Positions 41,362 to 51,542 are shown, numbered from the stretch's first letter. The stretch is DNA of 64,000 nucleotides from an uncultured archaeon (GCA_964610875.1 CAZSWP010000015.1:1-64000); one strand, 5' to 3'. The notes: a model not told the origin generated them from the letters alone. Program-made: numbers and translations.

Positions 41362-44322
41362 TTGAGCCTGCTGCATAGAAGAATCGCAACAATCGTGTTA
41401 CTGGCACTCTTTGTAACAAGTGGTGTCATGACAGCTTTTCCAGTAGTGGACTCTGGGGATTCCATACTTGCCACTAATGATATGAAACAAAACAGTATAC
41501 CATCCCAGTCAGTACTGAACGCATCTATCCCATATGTAGATGAGCATTATGGATATGCTGATGGAATAATTGATCCCACAGAGTATGCCTACACGTATAC
41601 TGATCTGGTATCTGGAATTACAGTATACCTTGAACATAATTCTTCTATTCTCTTTGTAGGCCTCTCTGCAAGGACTTCAGGCTGGATTGGAATCGGTTGG
41701 AAGAACTACACAGATGACTTCACCACTGAAGGTCTGAATGGTAGTGATTTAATATATGGCTATGCCCCTGGAACCCCTCATTCTCCAGTTATTAGAGTGA
41801 CAGGAGATGAACCAATCACCGTTCATTACATTCTCAAACTTAGAAATGGAACTGTTCTTGAAGAAGGTGATGTTCCAAATGATGAATCAACTACCCCCTT
41901 CAAAGAAGAAACGCTCTTATTACCGGATTATATTGATAACATTCTCGGAATGCGAATTGGTGAAATACGTAACTTCATAATTCCTGCTGAGATTGCATAT
42001 AATCAATCCACCCATCCATTGTATGGTGAAGATCTGGAATATATCGTAAAAGTGACGCGAATTGCCGAGTCTTTCCAGAATCCCGCAGACGCTAGTGAGA
42101 TCATATACAGTGAAGAATACGGGATTAGCACTTATCAACACCAAACCGATGACAATCAAAGTCAGGTTTTAGCATCTGGTGGTTCAGATGATGGCACAAA
42201 TACTCAACTTGAATATTTCATACAGATGAATTCCACAGACATCCAAGACGTTCCACTTCTGAATGATAGTGAAATTAGTTATCCCCTTATGCTGCTATAT
42301 AGTGATAGTGAGGATATAACGCAAATACCCACACAACACAATGATTGGGCAAATCCACTTGGAGTCATATTCATTCCAAATGCAGCTCCTGAGATCACAT
42401 TCGAGACCCCGATTCAAGATGGCACATATGACTGGATTTTGAAAATATCTGCAAATGTTACTGACAATTCATGGATTCGAAGGGCGTTCTATAAAGTTGA
42501 TGATGAAAACTGGACGGAGATCTTCTATAAATTCAAAACTGACCTCTGGGAAACACAAATTGACCTCTCCAGTTATGTCACTGGATTACACACTGTGTGG
42601 CTTAATGCAACAGATCCTTCTAATGTGACAAGTATTAACAGTGTGAATATATCCGTCGACCGACCTTACCAACCCCTTCTTGGAATGAGGCTTGATGTTG
42701 TTCGAACAGTATATACTAAACTCTATCATCTGACAGAGATTGTTGATACTTTTACCATAGAAAACAACGGATCTGTAGTGATTAATTCAATTGACATATA
42801 TCTTCCAGAGAACTGGTATAATTACCAAATGTCAATCTCCGCCGAGGGTGAAGATGAAACTGTTCTAAAGATACTGGATTTGGGTTTGGAAAATGGGATG
42901 AGGAATTGGAAAATATTCCTTGCTGAAGGCGTCAATTTTGGCGAGTCTTATACACTAACCATCGTAACATTCTACCACTCTCTCCATACACTTACTGACT
43001 ATGATAATGAAATCTATGAGGTTTGTTACCTTCGATACCCTGTGGTTCCATATGTCTTACGCCGTGCTCAGTTAGGTGTTGAATTCAGAAGTGGTGATAG
43101 TCTAAATGGCGAAAGTCCTGAAGGTCTTGAAACCAACATTGCACCAATGGAGGTTGAGGAGGTAACAATGTCTATCAAGTCATTTACGCCTGTAATAGTA
43201 GCTGATCGTCACACTGAAGTAAAAATTGACCCATGGGGTTGGTTAAACTACCACGAAACAATCACGCTTCGAAACATAGGTCCTACAAGAGAGCTCACGT
43301 TATCCTTCAATATACCTGAAGGTTCTACTACCATCAAGATATATGATAAGGTAGGAATTCTTGCGAAATCTCAACCTGGTGGTACATGGTACACAAATGA
43401 AACGGTTACTCTGCAAATCGACCTTAGAAGCGATCGTTTTGGGCAGGATGCTCTCTTACCCAATTATCAATACACATTCAACATCGATTATACCATGGAA
43501 CTCTCAACTTATCAAACTCCTGTAATCTCTGGCACAAAACTGAATCTACCAATGGCAACACTTGGGGAAGTCCTGATAGAGAAGCACATTGTTGATGCCA
43601 TATTATCATATTCTGTAGCAACAGTTGAAGCTAGTGATGGTTATCGACTGTTATATGGTGTATTTGACAACACTCTTCGTTATACATACCATAATACCAC
43701 CAACCAGAATCCTCCCGATATCTACATTGTTTACCAAACCTCTTTGTTGTCCAGTTCCCGTCCATTAGCTTTTAGCCTAATTTTTGGTCTAATTGCTATC
43801 ATCTATGTCGGATATAGAGCGTTCAACCCCCCTGTTGATAAGAGTCTAATCAGTAGAAAGGATGACGAAGATGAGGTTGGTCGCGTGAGTGGAGCTCCCC
43901 CTGACCTTCTCAGCACTTTCGCTAGTTTATATTCTAGAAAAACTGCACTTAATTTGGACATGGAAAAACTTGAAGCTTCCAGACGTCGTGGTAAAGTGAG
44001 TAAGAAAGAGTATATGATTCGTGAGCGTGATTTGAAATCACAGATTGATGAAGTGGAATCGGAATTGCCAGAGATGAAAGAGAAGCTGATATCTTATGGT
44101 CCTAAATACCGTGACATGATTGCACAACTCGAGCTCCAAAATGAGCGCATTGAAGGTGCTAAGGCTGGACTTAGACAACTGCTACTCCGCAAGAAGAAAC
44201 AGAAAATCAGTCGTGTAGCCTTTGAAAAGTCACGTCAAGACTATCTCAAGACAATCAAGAAAGCAACAAGTGCAACGGATAGAATGCTTCTTTCCATCCA
44301 AGAAGAAGCAGGAGACATATAA
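41362..44322 (+). CDS. Ribophorin I (Ost1)-like membrane protein fused to DOMON-like, FKBP-like and Ig-like domains
   Basis: Signal peptide; GWIGIGW/GSDLIYGY (DOMON); ITVHY..L.NG...LGMRIGEIRNFIIPAEIAY...LYGEDLEYIVKV (FKBP); RHTEVKIDPWGWLNYHETITLRN (ribophorin I-like); single TM; cytosolic coiled coil. Confidence 0.75.
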   Translation: MSLLHRRIATIVLLALFVTSGVMTAFPVVDSGDSILATNDMKQNSIPSQSVLNASIPYVDEHYGYADGIIDPTEYAYTYTDLVSGITVYLEHNSSILFVGLSARTSGWIGIGWKNYTDDFTTEGLNGSDLIYGYAPGTPHSPVIRVTGDEPITVHYILKLRNGTVLEEGDVPNDESTTPFKEETLLLPDYIDNILGMRIGEIRNFIIPAEIAYNQSTHPLYGEDLEYIVKVTRIAESFQNPADASEIIYSEEYGISTYQHQTDDNQSQVLASGGSDDGTNTQLEYFIQMNSTDIQDVPLLNDSEISYPLMLLYSDSEDITQIPTQHNDWANPLGVIFIPNAAPEITFETPIQDGTYDWILKISANVTDNSWIRRAFYKVDDENWTEIFYKFKTDLWETQIDLSSYVTGLHTVWLNATDPSNVTSINSVNISVDRPYQPLLGMRLDVVRTVYTKLYHLTEIVDTFTIENNGSVVINSIDIYLPENWYNYQMSISAEGEDETVLKILDLGLENGMRNWKIFLAEGVNFGESYTLTIVTFYHSLHTLTDYDNEIYEVCYLRYPVVPYVLRRAQLGVEFRSGDSLNGESPEGLETNIAPMEVEEVTMSIKSFTPVIVADRHTEVKIDPWGWLNYHETITLRNIGPTRELTLSFNIPEGSTTIKIYDKVGILAKSQPGGTWYTNETVTLQIDLRSDRFGQDALLPNYQYTFNIDYTMELSTYQTPVISGTKLNLPMATLGEVLIEKHIVDAILSYSVATVEASDGYRLLYGVFDNTLRYTYHNTTNQNPPDIYIVYQTSLLSSSRPLAFSLIFGLIAIIYVGYRAFNPPVDKSLISRKDDEDEVGRVSGAPPDLLSTFASLYSRKTALNLDMEKLEASRRRGKVSKKEYMIRERDLKSQIDEVESELPEMKEKLISYGPKYRDMIAQLELQNERIEGAKAGLRQLLLRKKKQKISRVAFEKSRQDYLKTIKKATSATDRMLLSIQEEAGDI

Positions 44323-44407
44323 TTCTCCTGTTTCCACTTTCTTTACCATATCAGGAAGTCTTATCAAACTATAAGAAGTAGGTTTCAGCCCTCAAGGGGA
44401 TTACTTC

Positions 44408-45250
44408 ATGAATGATCAAGATATTAAACGAGATGAAATAAGTGCAAAAGAATTTCTGAAAACTAGCACAAAAGCATTAGAGATGTATCAATACCTCAGT
44501 GGCTCTCCCCGTGTACAATCATATCTCAGAACAGCAAATCGAATGGCGGTATCTAGGTTAGGTTATACTGACCATGGTCCTGTTCATGCAGAAGTCGCAA
44601 CTTGGTATGCTCTAAAAGCATTTGATATCCTTGATGAAACATTCATGCCAAATGTAGTGGCAGAAGGTATTGGTGACACAGATGATGCCAGATTAGTAGT
44701 ACTCTCATCTACATATCTCCACGACATTGGCATGGTTATTCACAGAACAGAACATAATCAAGGTGCTATACAGCTTGCAGCACCAATTTTAGAAAAGAAA
44801 CTGAACCAACTCTATGATAATCCTGGGACAGCAACTGACATTCTATCAGCTATCTTTCATGGCATATTTGCTCATGATGATGACACACAATGTCTGACCT
44901 TCGAGGCAGGTATAACGAAAATCGGGGATGGTTGTGATATGACAAAAGGAAGAACGGTAGTACCTTTCCAGCAAGGAAAAGTTGACATCCATAGTGTGAG
45001 TGCTATGGCCATACGAAATGTGCATCTCGAAAAAGGTGAGAACATTCCCTTAGAGATAACAGTCGCAATGGATAATCCAGCTGGTGTTTTTCAAGTTGAA
45101 GCCGTTCTTATGAAGAAACTATCTACAAGTGGTTTAGAGGACCACGTAAAAGTTAAGGTGCAAGTCAATGGCGAGCGTCTCTTACTGTCCCAGGTAAAAC
45201 GCTTGCATCGTGACAAATTGGAAGCAGTAGTAGCTGAGTCCAGAGAATAG
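44408..45250 (+). CDS. HD-domain phosphohydrolase
   Basis: LGYTDHGPVH, YLHDIG, AHD, D..DMTKGR, DIHSVS. Confidence 0.88.
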   Translation: MNDQDIKRDEISAKEFLKTSTKALEMYQYLSGSPRVQSYLRTANRMAVSRLGYTDHGPVHAEVATWYALKAFDILDETFMPNVVAEGIGDTDDARLVVLSSTYLHDIGMVIHRTEHNQGAIQLAAPILEKKLNQLYDNPGTATDILSAIFHGIFAHDDDTQCLTFEAGITKIGDGCDMTKGRTVVPFQQGKVDIHSVSAMAIRNVHLEKGENIPLEITVAMDNPAGVFQVEAVLMKKLSTSGLEDHVKVKVQVNGERLLLSQVKRLHRDKLEAVVAESRE

Positions 45251-45272
45251 TACTATTGATTAATATAAGAAA

Positions 45273-45411
45273 TGGTAGCCCCGCCAGGACTCGAACCTGG
45301 GTCGCAAGGAAACTCCACCGAGGAGAACTTGAATCTCAACGATTCCAAAACCTCGCATGATGGACCGTTTCGCACAAGCTCGTACTGCTACTTGTTCTAC
45401 ACTACGGGGCT
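45273..45411 (-). tRNA. tRNA-Gln(TTG) with two introns (D-loop and anticodon loop)
   Basis: AGCCCCG/CGGGGCT acceptor stem + ACCA, CGAGG-TTTTGG..-CCTTG anticodon arm, GGTTCGAGTCC T arm; inserts at 45368-45396 and ~45310-45344. Confidence 0.9.
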
Positions 45412-45551
45412 AGTTTTACGAACGCATTTTCCATCCCATTCTTTTCTCGCTTAAAGGTATCGTTTGTATACGTCTCATATCAAAGATTTTGAATAATGAT
45501 TTCAAATCTCGCTATAATGGAGTGGTCAGCTAGATTTGACAGACTGAATTG

Positions 45552-45810
45552 TTAACTCAGTCTCAAGTTGTGAAGGACCACTTTGGTCAGTAACTCGCGT
45601 CGCTATTCCTTATATCTCCTTGAACTCGAACTCCCCGTGAATCGTACTCTCATCACACTGAACATGATTTCCACAAGACTTTGTCTTTCGTACTCATGAG
45701 TACATTTTCCACTTCTCTGGGTTTCTTAGATACTCTGTTAGCAATCGTTTGAATGCTGCGTAGCTCCTTGGCTTCACTTTCATCCTCTGACTAGGCTTCA
45801 TAGCCGCAGA
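45552..45810 (-). pseudogene. IS5/IS4-superfamily DDE transposase C-terminal remnant
   Basis: Manual translation: AMKPSQRMKVKPRSYAAFKRLLTEYLRNPEKWK, frameshift, EYERQSLVEIMFSVMRVRFTGSSSSRRYKE*RRELLTKVVLHNL, resembling the YxxRxxVExxFS..K/R..F...E...KV..HN signature. Confidence 0.72.
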
Positions 45811-46109
45811 CAGAAAGAAATTCATCGAATCAATCGATAACGAAACAATAGAATCCTACAAAAAGCTAAAGACTGAGATAGAAAAATTGTTACACGAATG
45901 GATGGGAAGAGGGGCAAAGTTCATGACAATTCGGATGACTCCGGTCAGATGCATGCTGGTGACAGTAGTCATGAGAAAGGCAGAACACAGGAGTTTCTTG
46001 CAGTTCACTCACATTGTAAGAAATAGGTTTTTAATGCCTCTCTGTTGGATGAGCTGACTCTTACAGCTTTTAGGGGCAAGGCAAGTAGGAATCAATTCCT
46101 TTTTGAGCT

Positions 46110-46424
46110 TTAGAGCATGATACCAAAAGGTTTGCCTTGCTCTAAAACCTCTTTTGGTATTCGTTCTTGCCAGCGTTCTAGGAATTTTGTTTCCTCAGTA
46201 CGTTGTTTTCCAGTGACTCTATGTTCATCAGGAAGCATACATGCGATGCCATCTATTACTGGGTACCAACGACCACATTTTGGACAGGTTATAAGCGCTG
46301 CATCAATCTCCTCAATCTCTTCGTCATCTAACTCAATTTTGTGTGACTCGTAAACATCAAGATTGAGTTCACTTCTGCATTCTTTATCAGGACAAGCAAG
46401 AATGTCCATTAGCCAACGTTTCAA
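46110..46424 (-). CDS. Trm112 family methyltransferase activator
   Basis: LMDILACP..C, CPKCGRWYPVIDGIACMLPD. Confidence 0.9.
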   Translation of the reverse strand: MKRWLMDILACPDKECRSELNLDVYESHKIELDDEEIEEIDAALITCPKCGRWYPVIDGIACMLPDEHRVTGKQRTEETKFLERWQERIPKEVLEQGKPFGIML

Positions 46425-46565
46425 GATGCTATCACCTTTGTGATAGCGATTTTGTTATGTGACTTAAAAACCATTTTGGAGAACTCAATGTGACGAATGA
46501 AAAAGGCTAATTGGAGGTCATATCTGGTTGTCGCTCATACGATACTCGGGTTGGAGTAAAAGAAG

Positions 46566-47963
46566 ATGAAATGGAAACATCCTTGGATTCCGATGACAGA
46601 TGCAATACAAAAAGACATGTTGAAAACAATCGGAAAGAAGGAATTTGAAGACCTTTTTTGTAACATTCCTGAAAAATTCATACTCAAAAAAGAATTAGAC
46701 CTACCTGACTCACACTCAGAAATTGAAGTTATGAGAAGGATTCAGGAGCTTGCTTCTACGAACAAACCTGCTGATAATGGGAGAGTCTTCATGGGCGCTG
46801 GCGTTGGACTTCATTACGTTCCATCCGCAGTGACAGAACTGGCAACACGATCTGAATTTGTCACATCGTATACTAGCTATCAAGCTGAAATTAGCCAAGG
46901 TATGCTTCAAACATTGTTTGAATACCAGAGTTTACTAGCTGAATTGCTCGATATTGATTTAGTCAATAGTAGCATGTATGATATGGCTACTGCTCTTGCT
47001 GAAGCCGTACGAATGGCCGTCCGTGTAAAAAAACGTAATCGCTTTCTCGTTCCTGGCACACTCAATCCTGAACATATGAATGTTACACAGACCTACACTG
47101 AACCTGCAGACATCGTAGTTGAACAAGTAGACTATGATAAGAAAACTGGATTGTTGTCCCTTTCAGACCTTGATAATCGAATTAGTGATGATGTTGCAGG
47201 AGTCTATATAGAAAATCCGAGTTATTTGGGATTCATTGAGAGTCAAGTTGATGAGATTGAGAAGATTGTACATGAAAATGGCGCACTCTTCGTAGTCGGT
47301 GTGGACATTCTCTCTTTGGGACTTCTACGAGCTCCAGGGAATTATGGTGCTGATATTGTCATATCTGAAGGACAACCCTTGGGTGTTCCAATGACCTACG
47401 GTGGCCCTCTTCTAGGAATCTTTGGGTGTCGTGATGAGAGAAAGCTGATCTATCAAATGCCCGGTCGTCTTGTAGGACTGACTCGTACCGAGGAGGAACC
47501 ATATGAACCTGGATATGTATTGACTATTAGTGCACGAGAGCAGCATATTCGTCGTGAAAAGGCAACAAGTAACATTTGTTCCAACCAAGCATTGATGGCT
47601 GTAACAGCTGCAATCTATGTATCCCTCCTTGGAAAATCAGGCTTCTCAGAATTAGGTGAAACAATTGCTTACAAATCGAATTACATGGCCAAGAAGCTGA
47701 ATGAGATTCCTGGAGTCATAGCCCCATCTATTGGTGGGACCATCTGGAAAGAGTTTGTTGTGAGTTTTGAAGACATGAAAGTTTCAGAGGTGCATGATGC
47801 CTTATTGAAGCATAGTCTTCATGGTGGCAAGATGATAAAGAAAGAATTCCCTGATTTGGGAGAATCAATGTTAGTTTCTGTTACAGAATTACACGAAAAA
47901 GAAGTGATAGACGAATTTGTGGAAATAGTGAGAATGGCAGTATCTAAAGGAGGGAAAAAGTGA
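46566..47963 (+). CDS. gcvPA: Glycine dehydrogenase subunit 1
   Basis: FMGAG, SYQAEISQG.LQ..FEYQ, NSSMYD, REQHIRREKATSNICSNQ. Confidence 0.97.
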   Translation: MKWKHPWIPMTDAIQKDMLKTIGKKEFEDLFCNIPEKFILKKELDLPDSHSEIEVMRRIQELASTNKPADNGRVFMGAGVGLHYVPSAVTELATRSEFVTSYTSYQAEISQGMLQTLFEYQSLLAELLDIDLVNSSMYDMATALAEAVRMAVRVKKRNRFLVPGTLNPEHMNVTQTYTEPADIVVEQVDYDKKTGLLSLSDLDNRISDDVAGVYIENPSYLGFIESQVDEIEKIVHENGALFVVGVDILSLGLLRAPGNYGADIVISEGQPLGVPMTYGGPLLGIFGCRDERKLIYQMPGRLVGLTRTEEEPYEPGYVLTISAREQHIRREKATSNICSNQALMAVTAAIYVSLLGKSGFSELGETIAYKSNYMAKKLNEIPGVIAPSIGGTIWKEFVVSFEDMKVSEVHDALLKHSLHGGKMIKKEFPDLGESMLVSVTELHEKEVIDEFVEIVRMAVSKGGKK

Positions 47964-49513
47964 TGGTCAGAATGACAAAGAGGTATAGACAAGCTAAGTG
48001 GGATGAGCCACTTATCTTTGAGTTGTCAGAACCTGGATTTATTGGACACTCGTTTCCAAAAGTTGAGGATGAAATATTGGAACACTTGGGTGATGTTAAG
48101 GCACTAGTGCCAAAGGAAATGATCCGCAAAGAAATTCCAGAACTCCCCGAAGTGACCGAACCCTCCATAATCCGCCACTATACAAGATTATCTCAGATGA
48201 ATTTCTCTGTGAGTACAGGTACCTATCCATTAGGCAGTTGTACAATGAAATACAATCCCACTCAGAACAACTGGGCGGCTAGCCTGCCTGGTTTTGCATG
48301 GTTACATCCCTATCAAGATGAGTTTCAAGTACAAGGTGCAATGGAACTCATTTGGGAACTAGAACAGTGGCTAGCTGAAATAACTGGTCTAAAAGAGGTG
48401 ACCTTACAACCAGCAGCGGGTGCACAAGGGGAATTCACTGGAGTTCTCGTAATTCGTGAATATCACAAATGTGTAACAGAAGAATGTGAGCAGCGTAATG
48501 AAATGCTGATTCCTGATGCGGCACATGGAACTAATCCGGCTTCTGCAGCTATGGCTGGCTACAAGGTAGTTGTTCTACCCAGTAATAGTGAAGGGCTAGT
48601 AGATATCGATGCTGTAAAAGAAGCAGCTGGTCCAAATACTGCTGGTCTGATGTTGACAAATCCAAACACTATTGGTGTCTTCGAGAAAGAGATTGAAGAG
48701 GTAGCAGGGACCGTTCATGATGCTGGGGGTCTTCTATATTATGATGGTGCGAACTTCAATGCAATTGCAGGTATTGTTCGTCCTGGGGATATGGGTTTTG
48801 ACGTTGTCCATCTAAATCTACACAAGTCTTTTTCAACACCACATGGAGGTGGTGGACCCGGGGCGGGACCTGTGGGTGTCACTGAGGAATTATCTCAATT
48901 CTTACCAGTACCTCGAGTACGAAAAACTGACGATGGTTCTTTCTTCTTTGATTACGATTTGCCAAGATCCATTGGAAAAGTGAAATCTTTCTATGGTAAT
49001 TTTGGCGTACTGGTTAGGGCTTATGCTTACATCTATGCACTAGGTCGACAGGGACTCAAGAGAGCATCGGAAGTCGCTGTACTAAATGCAAACTACATTG
49101 CATATCATATTAGCAGAATCAAGGGTTTCAGTCTTCCTTACTCAAAAGATGCACCAAGAATGCATGAATGCGTCATTTCAGCTGGAACACTGAAGGATGA
49201 AACAGGCGTTACTGCAATGAATGTTGCCAAAAGATTACTTGATTTTGGCATTCATGCTCCTACAGTATACTTCCCGATGATTGTTGATGAAGCTTTGATG
49301 ATTGAACCAACGGAATCAGAGTCGCGTCAGAACCTTGATACAATGATACAAGTCTACCAACAGATATCCGATGAAGCATATTCAAAACCGGAATTGGTCA
49401 TGCAGGCTCCTCATTCTACCTCCCGGTCATTATTGGATGAGTACCGTGCTGGACATCCAAAAACCATGGCTCTCTCATGGAGGATGAAACAGGAACAAAG
49501 AATTGACGAGTGA
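47960..49513 (+). CDS. gcvPB: Glycine dehydrogenase subunit 2
   Basis: YPLGSCTMKYNP, QPAAGAQGE, HLNLHKSFSTPHGGGGPG, EPTESE. Confidence 0.97.
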   Translation: MMVRMTKRYRQAKWDEPLIFELSEPGFIGHSFPKVEDEILEHLGDVKALVPKEMIRKEIPELPEVTEPSIIRHYTRLSQMNFSVSTGTYPLGSCTMKYNPTQNNWAASLPGFAWLHPYQDEFQVQGAMELIWELEQWLAEITGLKEVTLQPAAGAQGEFTGVLVIREYHKCVTEECEQRNEMLIPDAAHGTNPASAAMAGYKVVVLPSNSEGLVDIDAVKEAAGPNTAGLMLTNPNTIGVFEKEIEEVAGTVHDAGGLLYYDGANFNAIAGIVRPGDMGFDVVHLNLHKSFSTPHGGGGPGAGPVGVTEELSQFLPVPRVRKTDDGSFFFDYDLPRSIGKVKSFYGNFGVLVRAYAYIYALGRQGLKRASEVAVLNANYIAYHISRIKGFSLPYSKDAPRMHECVISAGTLKDETGVTAMNVAKRLLDFGIHAPTVYFPMIVDEALMIEPTESESRQNLDTMIQVYQQISDEAYSKPELVMQAPHSTSRSLLDEYRAGHPKTMALSWRMKQEQRIDE

Positions 49514-49542
49514 CCAACAACCTCAAAGCAGAAGAAGGGATA

Positions 49543-49932
49543 ATGGTATTGTTGAAACCAATGAAGATAGTAAGCACTATCAATGGTCATGAGTTAGTAT
49601 TGGAAGCTACTTTTCTAGGCAAAGACATATCCGTTCTAATCTATGGCGGCGATGAACATCATATAGGAGGCATTGCACTAGCTTATCCTACAAGAAGTCA
49701 TTATCGAGATGCAACCACTATAAGTGTCAGTACGATTACCGCTCCCGGACATAAAGACTATGTTGTGGCTAACTCAGCAGCAGAGAAAATCAGTAAATCG
49801 TTAAACACTACTGTAACGGTATCTGTAGGAATTCATGTTGATAATGCCTCCAAGGAGATGATTCAACAAATACTTGATAGTGTCGAGTCAATGACGGATG
49901 AGTTCCTATCGTCCTATCAAAAGGCTGAATAG
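49543..49932 (+). CDS. LpdD/PAC4-like small protein
   Basis: G.D..V.IYGG..HIG, PGHKD, V.VGIHVDNAS pattern. Confidence 0.65.
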   Translation: MVLLKPMKIVSTINGHELVLEATFLGKDISVLIYGGDEHHIGGIALAYPTRSHYRDATTISVSTITAPGHKDYVVANSAAEKISKSLNTTVTVSVGIHVDNASKEMIQQILDSVESMTDEFLSSYQKAE

Positions 49933-49960
49933 CTATAAACTAATCAATCACCAAAGTACC

Positions 49961-50242
49961 ATGAGAGTCACGTTCAAGTCATTTGGTCTCTTGAGGAGAA
50001 TAATTGGAAAACGCGTCATTGAAATCCATGTGGCTGATGACGCCACAATTAGCGATGTGCTCGATTATATCGTAGACGAGTGGGGAGAAGAAGCAAGCAA
50101 TCTAATAATGGACAATGGAAAAATTAGTGGAAATCTAATAATTCTCCTAAATATGAAAGATATCGATACCTTGGAAGGAGAGCGAACGTTAGTAAAGGAA
50201 AATGATCAAGTTGCAGTTCTTCCTCATGTCCAAGGAGGATAG
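49961..50242 (+). CDS. MoaD/ThiS/SAMP ubiquitin-like protein
   Basis: Beta-grasp pattern ending D.VAVLPHVQGG. Confidence 0.9.
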   Translation: MRVTFKSFGLLRRIIGKRVIEIHVADDATISDVLDYIVDEWGEEASNLIMDNGKISGNLIILLNMKDIDTLEGERTLVKENDQVAVLPHVQGG

Positions 50243-51541
50243 GTGAAACCTACCTTGGGAATTGAATTCTACATTGAAACTTACGGATGTGCTTTGAACA
50301 CATCGGACTCTGACATAATAAGTAGTAGATTGTCCAGACTGGGACACTCTAGAACCGATACTATTGATGATGCTGATGTTCTAATAATCAATACATGTGG
50401 AGTAAAAGAACCTACTGAAGACAAAATTATTGCTAGACTGGAACATCTATCGTCCGTTAATTCACCTGTAATTGTTGGTGGGTGTCTTCCAAGAATCTCA
50501 CTTGACCGGATAATAAATGCAATACCAAATTATGCGGCTATAGTTGGCCCTCAATCAATTACCACACTTGTTTCTATTCTTGAACGTGTAATTTCTGGAG
50601 AACAAGGAATCATCCATCTAGACACCGATGTGGATTCCAAATTGAAATACTTTGAAGGCCCTCCTGCAAGCACCATTGTTACTGTTCCTATCGCTGAAGG
50701 CTGTCTAGGTAATTGTACCTATTGTGCTGTGAAATTCGCTAGAAATACCCTTAGAAGTTATGAAATTAATGAGATAGTTTCAGTTGTCAAGAGATGTGTT
50801 CATCTGGGTTACAAGGAAATTCGGTTGACTGCTCAAGACACAGGTGCTTTCGGAAGAGATACCAGTACTAATCTTGTAGAGCTATTGACTTCCGTCGAAG
50901 CTATTCCTGGAGAACACAGAATCCGACTAGGTATGTTTAACCCCAATTTAGTAACCGACTCCATTCATAAGATGCTGCAAATAATGAAGTCAAAAAAATT
51001 CTACGAATTTTATCACATTCCGTTACAATCCGGAAATGATCAAATTCTACATGAGATGAACCGCCAGTACTCAGTTCAAGAGTGGAAAGATACCGTAGTA
51101 GCTATAAGAGATAGTTTTTCTAATGCCACGATTGCAACCGATATTATAGTCGGTTATCCTGGAGAAACTGATGTACAGTTTCTTGACACTATAGAGTTAA
51201 TTCAGGACGTAAAACCTACAGTTGTCAATATTTCAAAATATGGTGACCGCCCTAATACTAAGGCTTCCATGTCTGATGAAAAGGTTGATACCTTTGTAAA
51301 GAAAGAACGAAGCCGAAGCTTAACAAAATTGGTAAATCGCTTGCTTTTAGAGGCAAACAGTGCCATGCTTGGTTGGACAGGGCGCGTTTTGATTACCGAA
51401 CCAGCTTCTCGTGGTGGATCATTGGCAAGAACACAACAGTATCGACCAGTAATTATTGAAAAATCCTATAATCCTGGCACTTGGATTGATGTAGAGATTA
51501 CCAAAGCTAGTAAATCCTACATTCTAGGCATTGAAATCTAA
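50243..51541 (+). CDS. mtaB: tRNA t6A37 methylthiotransferase (archaeal MtaB/CDKAL1-type)
   Basis: ETYGCALN, NTCGVK, GCL, EGCLGNCTYC, TDIIVGYPGET, TRAM domain. Confidence 0.9.
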   Translation: MKPTLGIEFYIETYGCALNTSDSDIISSRLSRLGHSRTDTIDDADVLIINTCGVKEPTEDKIIARLEHLSSVNSPVIVGGCLPRISLDRIINAIPNYAAIVGPQSITTLVSILERVISGEQGIIHLDTDVDSKLKYFEGPPASTIVTVPIAEGCLGNCTYCAVKFARNTLRSYEINEIVSVVKRCVHLGYKEIRLTAQDTGAFGRDTSTNLVELLTSVEAIPGEHRIRLGMFNPNLVTDSIHKMLQIMKSKKFYEFYHIPLQSGNDQILHEMNRQYSVQEWKDTVVAIRDSFSNATIATDIIVGYPGETDVQFLDTIELIQDVKPTVVNISKYGDRPNTKASMSDEKVDTFVKKERSRSLTKLVNRLLLEANSAMLGWTGRVLITEPASRGGSLARTQQYRPVIIEKSYNPGTWIDVEITKASKSYILGIEI

Positions 51542-51542
51542 A

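Noticed and set aside
45272-45454. 60-aa ORF
   Set aside because: Antisense to tRNA-Gln
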